DNA from: Pristiophorus japonicus
Lineage: Eukaryota
DNA: 64,000 bases
Reading direction: 5' to 3'
Assembly (NCBI RefSeq): GCF_044704955.1
Contig: NC_091997.1
Location: 558,001 to 622,000, forward strand
Position 1 is the stretch's first letter. The number at the start of each line of letters is the position of its first letter. This document shows, in pieces, positions 1 to 13,127 of the stretch. Under the pieces are notes generated by a model. That model was not told the origin of the DNA. It made no database searches and saw only the letters and a program-made list of their open reading frames with translations. The translations under genes were made by a program, and so were the position numbers.

Positions 1-519
1 CAAAATAGTGTCATGGGATCATTTATATCCACCTGAAAGAGCAGACAGGGCCTCGCTTTAACATCTCATCTGAAAGTTAAGTTATTCATAAAATATACAT
101 TGGTAAATATTCCTCAATAAATCATCAGTTCTCTGAAGCCTCTTCTCTCAAAACACCAATCAGATATTTTCTAAACATTATTTCTTGATCTATCTCGTCT
201 CTGCACTATAAGCCTAGGCTCTTCACTTTGTTTTTTCCAATAAAAGAAACGCTAAAATTTAAATATCCATTCTTTGTGCGGGCTATCTGTGAATATTTTG
301 GCATTACTTAAATCCTAGGTAGATTCTGGATGGTTGTTGTTTGATATTATCGTGCCTGCAAGAGCTGGGTACTTCTGATAGGGACGAAACACTTGATTTC
401 ACTCAAAATTAATTTTGAAGTAGTGCATCTCTTCAGTCATATTGTTTTTGTGAAGCTGCAAAGTCTTTACAAAAAATATAGCCAAGTCCTGCTGTTTGTT
501 TATCAGACCAGGACATTTT

Positions 520-2438
520 TTTTTATTCGTTCATGGGATGTGGGCATCACTGGCTAGTCCAGTATTTATTGCCCATCCCGAATTGCCCGTGACTTCTTCA
601 ACCGCTGCAGTCCGTGATGTGAAGGTGCTCCCACAGTGCTGTTAGGGAGGGAGTTTCAAGATTTTGACCCAGCGACGATAGAATCATAGAATCATAAAAT
701 CATTGAAAAATTATGACACAGAAAGAGGCCATTTGGCCCATTGTGTCTGTGCCAGTCAAAAAAGAGCTACCCAGCCTAATTCCACCTTCCAGCACTGGGC
801 CCGTGGCCCTGTGGGTTACAGCACTTCAGGAGCACATCCAGGCACTTTTTAAATGTGATGAGGGTTTCTGCCTCTACCACCCTTTCAGGCCGTGAGTTCC
901 AGACCCCCACCACCCTCTGCGTGAAGAAATGGTTCCTCATCGCCTCTCTAATCCTTCTACCAACTACTTTAAATCTACGCCCCCTGGTTATTGGCCCCTC
1001 TGCTAAGGGAAATAGGTCCTTCCTATCCACTCTATCTAGGCCCCTCATAATTTTATACACCTCAATTAAATCTCTCCTCAGCCTCCTCTGCTCCAAGGAA
1101 AACAAGCCCAGCCTATCCAATCTTGCCTCATACCTAAAGTTTTCCAGTCCTGCCAACATAAGAACATTCTCATAAATCTCCTCTGCACCCTTTCTAGTGC
1201 AATCACTTCCTTCCTGTAATGTGATGACCAGAAGTGCACGCAGTCATCATCATAGGCAGTCTCTCGGAGTCGAAGATGACTTGCTTTCACTCTAAAAGTG
1301 AGTTCTCAGGTGACTGAGGAGTCCAATGCGGGACCTACAGTCTCTGTCACATGTGGGGCAGACAGTGGTTGAAGGAAAGGGTGGGTGGGGAGCTGGGTTG
1401 ATGCACGCTCCTTCCGCTGTCTACACTCGGTTTCTGCTTGTTCTCGGCGATGGGACTCAAGGTGCTCAGTGCCCTCCCGGATGCTCTTCCTCCACTTTGG
1501 GAGGTCATAAGTCAGGATTCCCTGGAATTGGTGGGCATGCAGTACTCAAGCTGTGGCCTAACTATTGTTGTATACAGATCTAGCATAGCTTCCCTGCTCT
1601 TGTATTCAATGCTTGGCTAATAAAGGAAAGCATTCCGTATGCCTTTTTAACTACCTTATCGTCCTATCCTGCTACCTTTAAGGATCTATGGATATGCACT
1701 CCAAGGTCACTTTGTTCCACCACACAGCTCAGTATCCTCCCATTTATTGTGTATTCCCTTGCCTTGTTGCCCCTCCCCAAATGCATTATCTCACACTTTT
1801 CGAGATTGAATTCCATTTGCCACTTTTCTACTAACTGACCAGTTTATCGATTTCTTCCTGCAGTCTGGAGCTTTCCTCCTCACCGTCAACCACACGGCCA
1901 ATTTTTGTATCATCTGCAAATGTCTTTATCATGCCCCCTACATTTAAGTCTAAATCATTAATATATATTGCAAAAAGTAAGGGACTGAGTACTGAGCCCT
2001 GCAGAACCCCACTGGAAACAGCCTTCCAGTCACAAAAACTCCCCTCAACCATTACCCTTTGCTTCCTGCCACTGAGCCAATTTTGGATCCAATTTACCAC
2101 TCTCCATTGGATGCCATGGGCTTTTACTTTTTTGATCAGCCTATCATGTGGGACCTTGTCAAAAGCCTTGCTAAAGTCCATGTAAACTACATCAAACACA
2201 CTGCCCTCATCGACCCTCCTTGTTACCTTCTCAAAGAACTCAATCAAGTCAGACACAACTTTGAAGGAATGGTGATATATTTCCAAGTTAGGATGGTGTG
2301 TGACTTGGAGAGGGACTTGCTGGTGATGGTGCTCCCATTCGCCTGATGCCATTGTCCTTCTAGGGGGTAGAGGTTGCGGGTTTGGGAGGTGCTGCCAAAG
2401 AAGCCTTGGCGAGTTGCTGCAGTGCATCTTGTAGATTG
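520..2438 (-). mobile_element. Nested cluster: a LINE tail (520-678 and 2260-2438) interrupted by a CR1 (about 680-2250), itself interrupted by an RTE 3' fragment (about 1244-1540)
   Basis: CR1 ORF2 peptides (DFSKAFDKVPH, GVLQGSVL, FADDTK, RRLRRDLIEVYKI). (GAT)n-tailed RTE end. The host tail reads through when the inserts are removed. Confidence 0.85.
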
Positions 2439-3294
2439 TTAAATAGATACATGAGGGAGAAAAGAATAGACGGATATGTTGATCGGGTTAGATGAAATAG
2501 GGTGAGAGGAGGCTCATGTGGTGCATAAACACCGATATAGACCTGTTGGGCCGAATGGCCTATTTCTGTGCTGTAAATTATATGTCATTCTATGTTCACA
2601 AACAGCATATATATGTTTTATTTTTTTAAAAATTTGTTCATCTTTATTTCATATTTGCCTTTACCTCGTGAGAGCCCCAATCTTTGTTTTGCTCTCTAAC
2701 ATTTTTTTTAAGTTAGAATTTTAAGAGCTTACCCACTTCCTGCTTCCCTGTCTGTGACAATTCTGCATTTTGATTGGCTGCTTAGACAGCTTGTTGATGT
2801 CACAGCAGCTCACGCGAGGGGATTCCCCACCATACACCGTTGATTTGAATTATGTGTCAGAAATGCAAGAGCTTTGTGAAAAGCTTACTTTGGTGCCATG
2901 GCCAATGCCTTTGCTTCGCCACTGGTCACAGATTCCGGGCCATTATTTTACAAATATTTGACATTGTTTGTTGTGTTTAGGTAAGGTTACTTTTGCTGAA
3001 ACATTTTTTACTGATGCTGGGGGAGCGGAGGAGAGCAGAACCACAAAGTATCATAGGGTGCATATGTCAAAAGTCAAAGAAGTGAAAAAGGATACAGAGG
3101 GAGACATTACTGCCTCCACATAAATGGTATATCCTTGAATTATTCTAATTTAAATGAGGACAATTGATCCTCTTAATCTGGTTGCTTCATTTGAACTACA
3201 TGTCAATTTGAATTGAAATCATGCAATAAAAAACTTCCTTAATTTAAATTGTTTAATTTGAACCACTGGATAATTTGAAAATTTTCAAGTGAAA

Positions 3295-5476
3295 TAAAAA
3301 GGAGGCAGATAGAAAGCAGGAAAGTATAGGCCAGTTAGCCTAACATCTGTTGTTGGGAAAATGCTGGAGTCCATTATTAAGGAGGCAGTAGCAGGACATT
3401 TGGAAAAGCATGATTCAATCAAGCAGAGTCAGCATGGTTTTATGAAAGGGAAATTATGTTTGACAAATTTGCTGGAGTTCTTTGAGGATGTAATGAGCAG
3501 GGTTAATAAAGGGGAACCAGTGGATGTAGTGTATTTAGATTTCCAGAAGGCACTCGATAAGGTGCCACATAAAAGGTTACTGCACAAGATAAAAGTTCAC
3601 GGGGTTGGGGGTAATGGCCCTGAAATTCCGGTCGGAGGCTTCTTTCGGATGAACGCCTCCTACTGGAGAATTTTTACAAAATGACCTGATGGTCCCGGAG
3701 CAGCGTGGGATTTCGTTGGGGAGGCCGTCTCGTCCCGCGCTGCAAAGCGGGCTCCCATCCTCCAGGTTCGGATGCAGAAGGTGCCGTCACGTATAACTGC
3801 TCAGCCAATCAGGTACAGTGTTCCACAACTTTCCCATTAATATCAATGAGAACTCCGTATCTACGAGCGATCATTGCTATTATTGAGAAAAAAAACAAAC
3901 ACACTAAACACCATAATAAAAAATAAAAAACACACCTCACATAATTAAAATTAATCGAAATTAAAGTTAATAAATGCTTTAGGAAAAAAAATATTTTTCC
4001 AATTTTTAAAAAAGTTTTGTAATTAGGGTTAAAAATACATTTACCTAAGTGGGCAGGATTTTTAACAATAAAATGTGTTTTTTAAATTTATTTTAATTAT
4101 ATTTTTGTATGTTTTAAAACTCTTACACCTGTAAAAGTAGGCTATGTGCCTGCTTTTATGAGGCACAAGAGTTTTGAGGACATTTGCTGGGCAAGATATG
4201 CGTAAATCCTACAATCTTGCCCTTGCAAATGTCCTCGCTCCTGAGATGCGTGCGATCTGTCAAGCTCCAGCTTGACAAATCGGAAAAAACGGTTTTCAGT
4301 GCATGCTCATTGTGCGCTGAAAACCGGCTTTTGCGATGCCTTCCCGGGTTCGTACATACTCCATACGGACCTGGGGAGATCGAGATTGCCAGGCCAATAT
4401 ATTAGCATGGATAGAGGATTGGCTAACTAACAGAAAACAGAGAGTCAGGATAAATGGGTCATTTTCCGGTTGGCAAACAGTAACTAGTGGGGTGCCGCAG
4501 GGATCGGTGCTGAGGCCACAACTATTTACAATCTATATTAACGACTTGGATGAAGGGACCGAGTGTAATGTAGCCAAGTTTGCTGATGATACAAAGATGG
4601 GTGGGAAAACAAAGTGAGAGGAGGACACAAAAAATCTGCAAAGAGATCTGGACAGGCTAAGTGAGTGGGCAAAAATTTGGCAGATGGAGTATAATGTGAG
4701 AAAATGTGAGGTTATCCACTTTAGCAGAAAAAATAGGAAAGCAAATTATAATTTAAATGGAGAAATATTGCAAAGTGCTGCAGTACAGAGGGACCTGGGA
4801 GTACTTGTGCATGAAACACAAAAAGTTAGTATGCAGGTACAGCAAGTGATCAGGAAGGCAAATGGAATGTTGGCCTTTATTGCAAGGGGGATGGAGTATA
4901 AAAACAGAGAAGTCCTGCTACAACTGTACAGGGTATTGGTGAGACCACACCTGGAGTACTGCGTACAGTTTTGGTCTTTGTATTTAAGGAAGGATATACT
5001 TGCATTGGAGGCTGTTCAGAGAAGATTCACTAGGTTGATTCCGGAGATGAGGGGGTTGATTTATGAAGATAGGTTGAGTAGGTTGGGCTGATACTCATTG
5101 GAGTTCAGAAGATTGAGAGGTGATCTTATCGAAACATATAAGATAATGAGGGGGCTCGACAAGATGGATGCAGAGAGGATATTTCCACTCATAGGGGAAA
5201 CTAAAACTAGGGGGCATAGTCTTAGAATAAGGGGCCACCCATTTAAAACTGAGATGAGGAGGAATTTCTTCTCTCAGAGGATTGTAAATCTGTGGAATTC
5301 TCTGCTCCAGAGAGCTGTGGAGGCTTGGTCATTGAACATATTTAAGGTGGTGATAGACAGATTTTTGAGCGACAAAGGAATAAAGGGTTAGGGAGCAGGC
5401 AGGGAAGTGGAGCTGAGTCCATGATCAGATCAGCCATGATGGCCTACTCCTGCTCCTATTTCTTATGTTCTTATGT
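3295..5476 (+). mobile_element. 5'-truncated CR1 LINE (RT region plus TTCTTATG-type tail), interrupted by a MITE
   Basis: [39 protein letters not shown]. In-frame stops present. Confidence 0.92.
3616..4395. mobile_element. Non-autonomous DNA transposon, PIF/Harbinger-like
   Basis: GGCC termini with imperfect 18-bp TIRs (GGCCCTGAAATTCCGGTC / GATCGAGATTGCCAGGCC, 12 of 18 match). 3-bp TSD AAT at 3613-3615 and 4396-4398. The CR1 reading frame resumes after it. Confidence 0.75.
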
Positions 5477-5899
5477 AAATGAATGTGAATTAACAGGAGT
5501 TGACAGGACTCCTACAATTCATCCTAGCAATGCTGGGGTCATGCAAAGGCACAGAATGATGTAATTAATATTCAATTGGATGTGCAGTGTGCATGATGAC
5601 TACTAGCTATACATTTATATCAACCGGTCCATTATGATGTCAGCCATACCTCAGTGGTAGCACACTTACCTGTGAGTCAGAGGATGAGATGGTTCAAATC
5701 CAACTCCAGGATTTGCATACTGGAGATAGTTCAGGATGATACTCCATTGTTGGTGATGCAGCCTTTCTGATGTGATGTTAAACCATTTGACCTCTCAGGT
5801 GAATGTAAAAAAATCCCATTACTCGACTTAAAGAAGAGCAGGAAAGGTGTCCTGGCCATCATTTATCCCTTAGCCAATGCTAAAACAAACTTATTAACT

Positions 5900-7982
5900 A
5901 GTTGGCTCTAGAAATAGTGGATGCATTGGTGGTCATTTTCCAACATTCTATAGACTCTGGATCAGTTCCTATAGATTAGAGGGTAGCTAATGTAACCCCA
6001 CTTTTTAAAAAAGAAGGGAGAGAGAAAGCAGGGAATTATAGACCGATTAGCCTGACAACAGTAGTGGGGAAAATGTTGGAATCAATTATTAAAGATGTAA
6101 TAGCAGCACATTTGAAAAGCAGTGACAGGATCGGTCCATAGAAACATCGAAAATAGGTGCAGGAGGAGGCCATTCGGCCCTTCGAGCCTGCACCACCATT
6201 CGATAAGATCATGGCTGGTCATTCCCTTTCCTGCTTTCTCTCCATACCCCTTGATCCCTTTAACCGTAAGGGCCATATCTAACTCCCTCTTGAATATATC
6301 CAATGAACTGACATCAACAACTCTCTGCGGCAGGGAATTCCACAGGTTAACAACTCTCTGAGTGAAGAAGTTTCTCCTCATCTCGGTCCTAAATGGCCTA
6401 CCCCTTATCCTAAGACTGTGTCCCCTGGTTCTGGACTTCCCCAACATCGGGAACAATCTACCTGCATCTAACCTGTCCCGTCCCATCAGAATCTTACATG
6501 TTTCTATGAGATCCCCTCTCATCCTTCTAAATTCCAATGTATAAAGGCCCAGTTGATCCAGTCTCTCCTCATATGTCAGTCCGGCCATCCCGGAAATCAG
6601 TCTGGTGAACCTTCGCTGCATTCCCTCAATAGCAAGAAGGTCCTTCCTCAGATTAGGAGACCAAAAATGAACACAATTTTGTCCAAGTCAACATGGATTT
6701 ATGAAAGAGAAATCATGCTTGACAAATCTTCTGGAATTTTTTGAGGATGTAACTAGTAGAGTGGACAAGGGAGGATGTGGTGCATTTGGACTTTCAAAAG
6801 GCTTTTGACAAGGTCCCACACAAGAGATTAGTGTGCAAAAATTAAAGCACATGGTATTGGGGGTAATGTATTGACATAGATAGAGAACTGGTTGGCAGAC
6901 AGGAAGTAAAGAGTAGGAATAAACGTGTCCTTTTCAGAATGGCAGGCAGTGACTAGTGGGGTACCGCAAGGTTCAGTACTGGGACCCCAGCTATTTACAA
7001 TATACATTAATGATTTAGACAAAGGAATTGATGTAATATCTCCAAGTTTGCAGATGACACTAAGCTGGGTGGCAGTGTGAGCTGTGAGGAGGATGCTAAG
7101 AGGCTGCAGGGTGACTTGGACAGGTTAGGTGAGTGGGCAAATGCATGGCAGATGCAGTATAATGTAGATAAATGTGAGGTTATCCACTTTGGTGGCAAAA
7201 ACAGGAAGGCAGAATATTATTCTGAATGGTGACAGATTAGGAAAAGGGGAGGTGCAACAAGACCTGGGTGTCATGGTACATCAGTCATTGAAGGTTGGCA
7301 TGCAGGTACAGCAGGCGGTGAAGAAGGCAAATAGCATGTTGGCCTTCATAGCGAGAGGATTTGAATATAGGAGCAGGGAGGTCTTACTGCAGTTTACAGG
7401 GCCTTGGTGAAGCCACGCCTGAATATTGTGTACTGTTTTGGTCTCCTAATCTGAGGACATTTTTGCTATTGAGGGAGTGCAGCGAAGGTTCACGAGACTG
7501 ATTGCCGGGATGGCAGGACTGACATATGAAGAAAGACTGGATCGACTAGGCTTATATTCACTGGAATTTAGATGAATGAGAGGGGATCTCATAGAAACAT
7601 ATAAAATTCTGACGGGATTGGACAGGTTAGATGCAGGAAGAATTTTCCCAATGTTGGGGAAGTCCAGAACCAGGGGTCACAGTCTAAGGATAAGGGGTAA
7701 GACATTTAGGACCGAGATGAGGAGAAACGTCTTCACTCAGAGAATTGCGAACCTGTGGAATTCTCTCCCACAGAAAGTTGTTGAGGCCAGTTTGTTAGAT
7801 ATATTCAAAAGGGAGTTAGATGTGGCCCTTACGGCTAAAGGGATCAAGGGGTATGGAGAGAAAGCAGGAAAGGGGTACTGAAGTTGCATGATCAGCCGTG
7901 ATCATATTGAATGGTGGTGCAAGTTTGAAGGGCCGTATGGCCTACTCCTGCACCTATTTTCTATGTTTTTATGTTTCTATGT
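5900..7982 (+). mobile_element. CR1 LINE containing an antisense CR1 3' fragment (6139-6680); the whole is inserted in a Deu-SINE (about 5640-5900 and 7985-8140)
   Basis: RT motifs and a (TTTCTATG)n tail. The inner insert is flanked by a GTCCA duplication at 6134-6138 and 6681-6685. Confidence 0.9.
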
Positions 7983-8339
7983 AACTAGGCATTTTTGTTT
8001 GTGGGATCTTGCAGTGAGTAAATTGACTGCAGCATTTGCCTAAAAAAACAAGTGATTATAAGTAACTCATTGGCTGTAAAATGCTTTTGGACATCCCGAA
8101 GACATGAAAAGCAGTATATAAGATGTAAGTTCTTTCTTCATTCTCTTCTTTCACTATCCTTATACATCAGGTATTTAGAAAGTGAATATAGCTGTAGAGA
8201 ATGACTGATACTTGCACTCGTGGAGCAAATGGTCCTATTTAGGGAGTGGTGTGAGCAGAGAGTGTGGGGTTATACTGTCTTATCACACCACTCCCAAAAT
8301 GAGGGAAACAAAGCTCTCATCATCCATACTTCAATTAAG

Positions 8340-9340
8340 AACATAAGAAAATAGAGCAAGATCGGCCCCTCGAGCCTGATCTGCCATTCAATAAGTTCAT
8401 GGATCATCTTCTACCTCAACTCCAGTTTCCCGCCCGATCTCCATATCCCTTGATTCCCTCAGTGTCCAAAAATCATTCTCATTCTTGAATATACTCAATG
8501 ACAGCAGCCACAGCCCTTTAGGGTAGAGAATTCCAAAGATTCAACACCCTCTGTGAAGAAATTTCTCCTCATCTCAGTCATAAATGGCCGATCCTTTATC
8601 CTGAGACTATGAACCCTAGTTCTAGACTCACCAACCAGGGGAAACAGACTCTCAGCATTTACCCTGTCAAGCCCGCTAAGAATTGTATACATTTCAATGA
8701 GAACACCTCTCATTCTTCTAAACTCCAAAGAATATCGGCCCATTTTACTCAATCTCTCATATGACAACCTTCTCATCCCAGGGATCAATATAATGAACCT
8801 TTGTTGCACCACCTCCAAGGCAAGTTTATTCTTCCTTAGATAAGGAGACCAAAACTGTACACATGACTCCAGGTATGATCTCACCAAAGCCCTATTGAAT
8901 TGCAGCAATTTCCTTATTCTTATACTCCAAAACCCTTGCAATAAAGGCTAATATACCATTTGCCTTCCTAATTGCTTGCTGTACCTGCATGTTAACTGTC
9001 AAGGATTCATGTACAAGGACACCCAAATCCATCTGAATACAGGTAACAACATGTACTAGTCTCTCACCTTTTACTTTGCAAGACTCTGCTTATTGACATC
9101 CAACTGCCAGTGAAATATCTAAAATGAGAAAAAGTCAGACTATCCCAACAACTTATTTCAATCATTACACACTATAACCTCGATACCCAAGTCCAGATCA
9201 TTCATAAATACTGACAAAAGCAATGATCCTAACTGACTTTGTAGGATGCAGTTGTTTAAATCCCTTGTCTGAAATAATCCATTCACCGTTTTTTATACTT
9301 TAGTCAACTTCCTATCCATGCTGCCGCATTCCCTTTGATA
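8340..9340 (-). mobile_element. Decayed CR1 LINE 3' portion
   Basis: ORF 8495-8941 carries CVQFWSPY and LEFRRMRG, followed by a CR1 tail. Confidence 0.85.
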
Positions 9341-9382
9341 CCATTGGCCTTATTTAGATTGTCATTTCAGTGCAGTACTGAG

Positions 9383-9529
9383 CAATGTTCCTGTTTATCT
9401 GGCTAAAGCTCCCATGCAGGCCACTTGACAGTTTCTCAATGGAAAAACTGTGCACGGGCAGAAGTTTGAATGGGCCATGCATCCCCTTAAAGGGGCCGCG
9501 ACCCCCAGAAAATATTAGAGCGAACATTG
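9383..9529. mobile_element. hAT-type MITE (147 bp) inside a Deu-SINE (about 9365-9885)
   Basis: TIR CAATGTTC...GAACATTG. 8-bp TSD GTACTGAG (9375-9382) / GTATTGAG (9530-9537). Confidence 0.8.
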
Positions 9530-11014
9530 GTATTGAGGCAGTTCTGTACTGTCAGAGGTGCTGACCTTCAGATAAGGCATTAAACCGACATGAGACGACT
9601 GCCCTCTCAGGTGAACATAAAAGAACCCATGGCATTATTCGAAGAAGGGCATGAGAGTTCTCCCCCGTGTCCAGGCCAATATTTATCCCTCAACCAACAC
9701 ATGAAAGGGTTTATTTAGTGATTTAGTTCATTGCAGTGTTTGTGGCTGTTTGCTGTGTGCATATGACTGCTGTGTTTCCTACATTAAAGCAGTGACTACA
9801 CATCAAAAGTACTTCACTGGCTGCAAAGTGTTTTCACATGACCTGAGGTTGTGAAAGGCGCTATATAAATACAAGTCTTTCTTTTACTAAAAATGTTGCC
9901 AATAAGCAGATCTTGCTTTTTTTGTATCTATAAAATCTTTACTGTTAGCATTTGTGAGTCTTTTGTTGCTTCCTCTTTGTATTTTCATGTGATTTCCTTT
10001 TGTGTTACCAGCCGTAGATTTGTAGTTTGCCAGTTTTATTTTAGTTGTAATTTCTCTACTCATCCAAGGAACTCTAGCTTTCTCTGCACCTCCTTTACTT
10101 CTCATGGGGATATGTCAAATCTGTTGCATGTGAAAGTGTCCCATTGTTCATAGAATTACATAGAAATTACAGCGCAAAGCAGGCCCTTCGGCCCAACTGG
10201 TCTGGGCTGGTGTTTATGCTCCACAAGAGCGTCCTCCCACCCTAATTCACCTAACTCTAGCAGCATATTCTTCTATTCCTAACCCTCATGTACATATCTA
10301 ACTGCCCTTAAACACATCTATGCCTTTCCATTTTTTATCTAATTGAAATTTGAGTTTTTTCAGTCAATACTAAACCGTTATTGTTGATTGCCCCTTTTCA
10401 TCATTTCAGTGTTTTTGTTTACCCTAATTATATGATATTATGGATGCTGTTTCCTAGATCCCGAACTGACTGCTTTATTACTAGGCTAAAAGAAGCAGTC
10501 CTGAAAACACTGTAAAAACAATTCCTCTTTGGTGCCAACACATCACTTTTACAACAATTTGCATTTATATAGCCCTCTTGATGCGGTAAAATATTTTAAG
10601 GCACTTCGCAGGACTGTAATCAGACAAGAAAATTGACTTTGAGCCAAAGAAGAGGACATTAGGAGCGGTGATCATAAACTTGGTCACAGAGATAGGTTTT
10701 ATGTAAGGTCTTAAAGGAGGAGAGAGATGGAGAGGTTTAGGGAAGAAATTCCAGAAATTAGAGTCCAGACAGCTGCAGGCATAGCTGCCAATGGTGGTAT
10801 GAAGGTTGGTGGCAGGATGGATAAGAGACCAGATTTGGAGTAATCCAGTGTTCTCACTGAATAGGACTTCTTTAATTTTACCCCAATCTATCTCTGGATA
10901 ATTAAGGCAACACATTATGGCTCTGTTGTTTTTGCATTTCTCTCTAATTTGTCTGTGCATCTTCAGTGAAGGGATATTGTAAAGATTTTATAGATACAGA
11001 AAAATAGTGTCATC

Positions 11015-11475
11015 TGTGGCTAAGTGGCTAGCAATCTTGCATCTGAGTCAGAAGGTTGTGGGTTCAAGTCCCACTCCAGGGATTTGAGCACAAAAAAATC
11101 TAGGCTGACACTGCAGTGTTGAAGGAGCACTGCACTGTCAGAGGTGCCATCTTTCAGATGAGACATTAAAGCCGAGACACCGTCTGTCCTCTCAAGTGGA
11201 TGTAAAAGTTCCCATGGCACTATTTTGAAGAAGAGCAGGGGAGTTATCCCTGATGCCCTGGCCAATATTTATCCCTCAATCAACGTAACAAAAAAACAGA
11301 TTATCTGGTCGTTATCACATTGTTGTTTGTGGGAGCTTGCTGTGCGCAAACTGGCTGCCACATTTCCTACATTACAAAAGTCACTACACTCCAATCGTAC
11401 TTAATTGCCTGTAAAGCGCTTTGAGACATCCAGTGGTCATGAAAGGAACTATATAAATTAAAGTCTTTCTTTTTT
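11015..11475 (+). mobile_element. Near full-length tRNA-derived Deu-domain SINE (SacSINE1/AmnSINE-like)
   Basis: Pol III A box (TGGCTAAGTGG) and B box (GGTTCAAGTCC), a Deu-like core (gcactgtcagaggtgcc...cccatggcactatt), and an L2-like tail ctatataaat. Confidence 0.8.
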
Positions 11476-11749
11476 TTAATTTGTCTATGCATTCCTTCCT
11501 CAAACTCGTTTCCATTATTTAGCAGACTGTAAGAAGATTCCAGTAGAATGATGTTTCCTTCTTATTCCTTAGTTTTAATTTAATCTATTATCTTTTTCGC
11601 CACACACTGTATCATCCCTGATATAATTAGAACTGGTACAGAAATGGAACAGCAAAGTGAAGGTTAATCATTTATAAATTTACAGTCCTATTCTCAGAAA
11701 GTGTATTGAATTATTGGATCTGCGCTGGGGAATGGTGTAATGGTTATGT

Positions 11750-13127
11750 GATTGGCCTTCTTCAAACTTACAAAGACCTTTGACACTGTCAACCATGAGG
11801 GTCTATGGAGCGTCCTCCTCCATTTCAGTTGCCCCCAAACGTTCGTCACCATCCTTCGCCTGCTCCCTGACGACATGCTGGCCGTGATCCTTACCAACAG
11901 ATCCATTACAGACCCAATCCATGTCCGGACCAGGGTCAAGCAGGGCTGCATCATCGCCCCCAACCCTCTTCTCAATCTTCTCGCTGCCATTCTCCACCTC
12001 ACAGTAAACAAGCTCCCCGTTGGAGTGGAACTAAACTACAGAACCAGTGGGAACCTGTTCAACCTTCGTCGTCTCCAGGCCAGGTCCAAGACCACCCCAA
12101 CCTCTGTCATCAAGCTACAGTACATGGATGACGCCTGCGTCTGCACACATACAGAGGCTGAACTCCAAGTCATAGTCAATTTATTTACTGAGGCATACGA
12201 AAGCATGGTCCTTACGCTAAACATCCGTAAGACAAAGGTCCTCCACCAGCCTGTCCATGCTGCACAGCACTGCCCTCCAGTCATCAAGATCCACGGCGCG
12301 GCCTTGGATAACATGGACCATTTCCCATACCTTGGGAGCCTCTTATCAACAAGAGCAGACATTGACGACGAGATTCAACATCGCCTCCAGTGCGCCAGTG
12401 CAGCCTTTGACCGCCTGAGGAAAAGAGTGTTTGAAGATCAGGCCCTCAAATCTGCCACCAAGCTCAAGGTCTACAGGGCTGTAGTAATACCCGCCCTCCT
12501 GGAGGGCTCAGAGACGTGGACCATGTACAGTAAACTCCTCAAGTCGCTGGAGAAATACCACCAATGATGTCGTCGCAAGATCCTGCAAATCCCCTGGGAG
12601 GACCAATGCACCAACGTTAGCGTCCTCGACCAGGCCAACATCCCCAGCATTGAAGCACTGACCACACTTGATCAGCTCCACTGGGCAGGCCACATTGTTC
12701 GCATGCCAGACACGACACTCCCAAAGCAAGCGCTCTACTCAGAACTCCTTCATGGTAAACGAGCCAAAGCTGGGCAAAGGAAACGTTACAAGGACACCCT
12801 CAAAGTCTCCCTGATAAAGTGCAACATCTCCACTGACACCTGAGTGTCCCTGGCCAAAGACCACCCTAAGTGGAGGAAGTGCATCCGGGAGGGCGCTGAG
12901 CACCTCGAGTCTCATCGCCGAGAGCATGCAGAAATCAAGCGCAGGCAGCGGAAAGAGCGTGTGGCAAACCTGCCCTACCCACCCCTTCCCTCAACGACTA
13001 TCTGTCCCACCTGTGACAGGGACTGTGGTTCTCGTATTGGACTGTTCAGCCACCTAAGGACTTATTTGCAGAATGGAAGCAAGTCTTCCTTGATTCCGAG
13101 GGACTGCCCATGATGATGATGATGATG
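11750..13127 (+). mobile_element. RTE-clade (BovB-like) LINE, 5'-truncated, inserted in a SINE head
   Basis: VKQGCIIAP, LQYMDD, FPYLGS, C-terminal CPTCDRDCGSRIGLFSHLRT and a (GAT)n tail. The host SINE continues at about 13128-13470. Confidence 0.9.

Noticed and set aside
11015-11100. tRNA gene
   Set aside because: The A/B boxes belong to a SINE head that continues into SINE body; the same applies at 48530-48600 and 50977-51050.
11752-12567. Intact or domesticated reverse transcriptase gene
   Set aside because: 5'-truncated, with stops and altered motifs. No LINE or Gypsy ORF in the window is complete.
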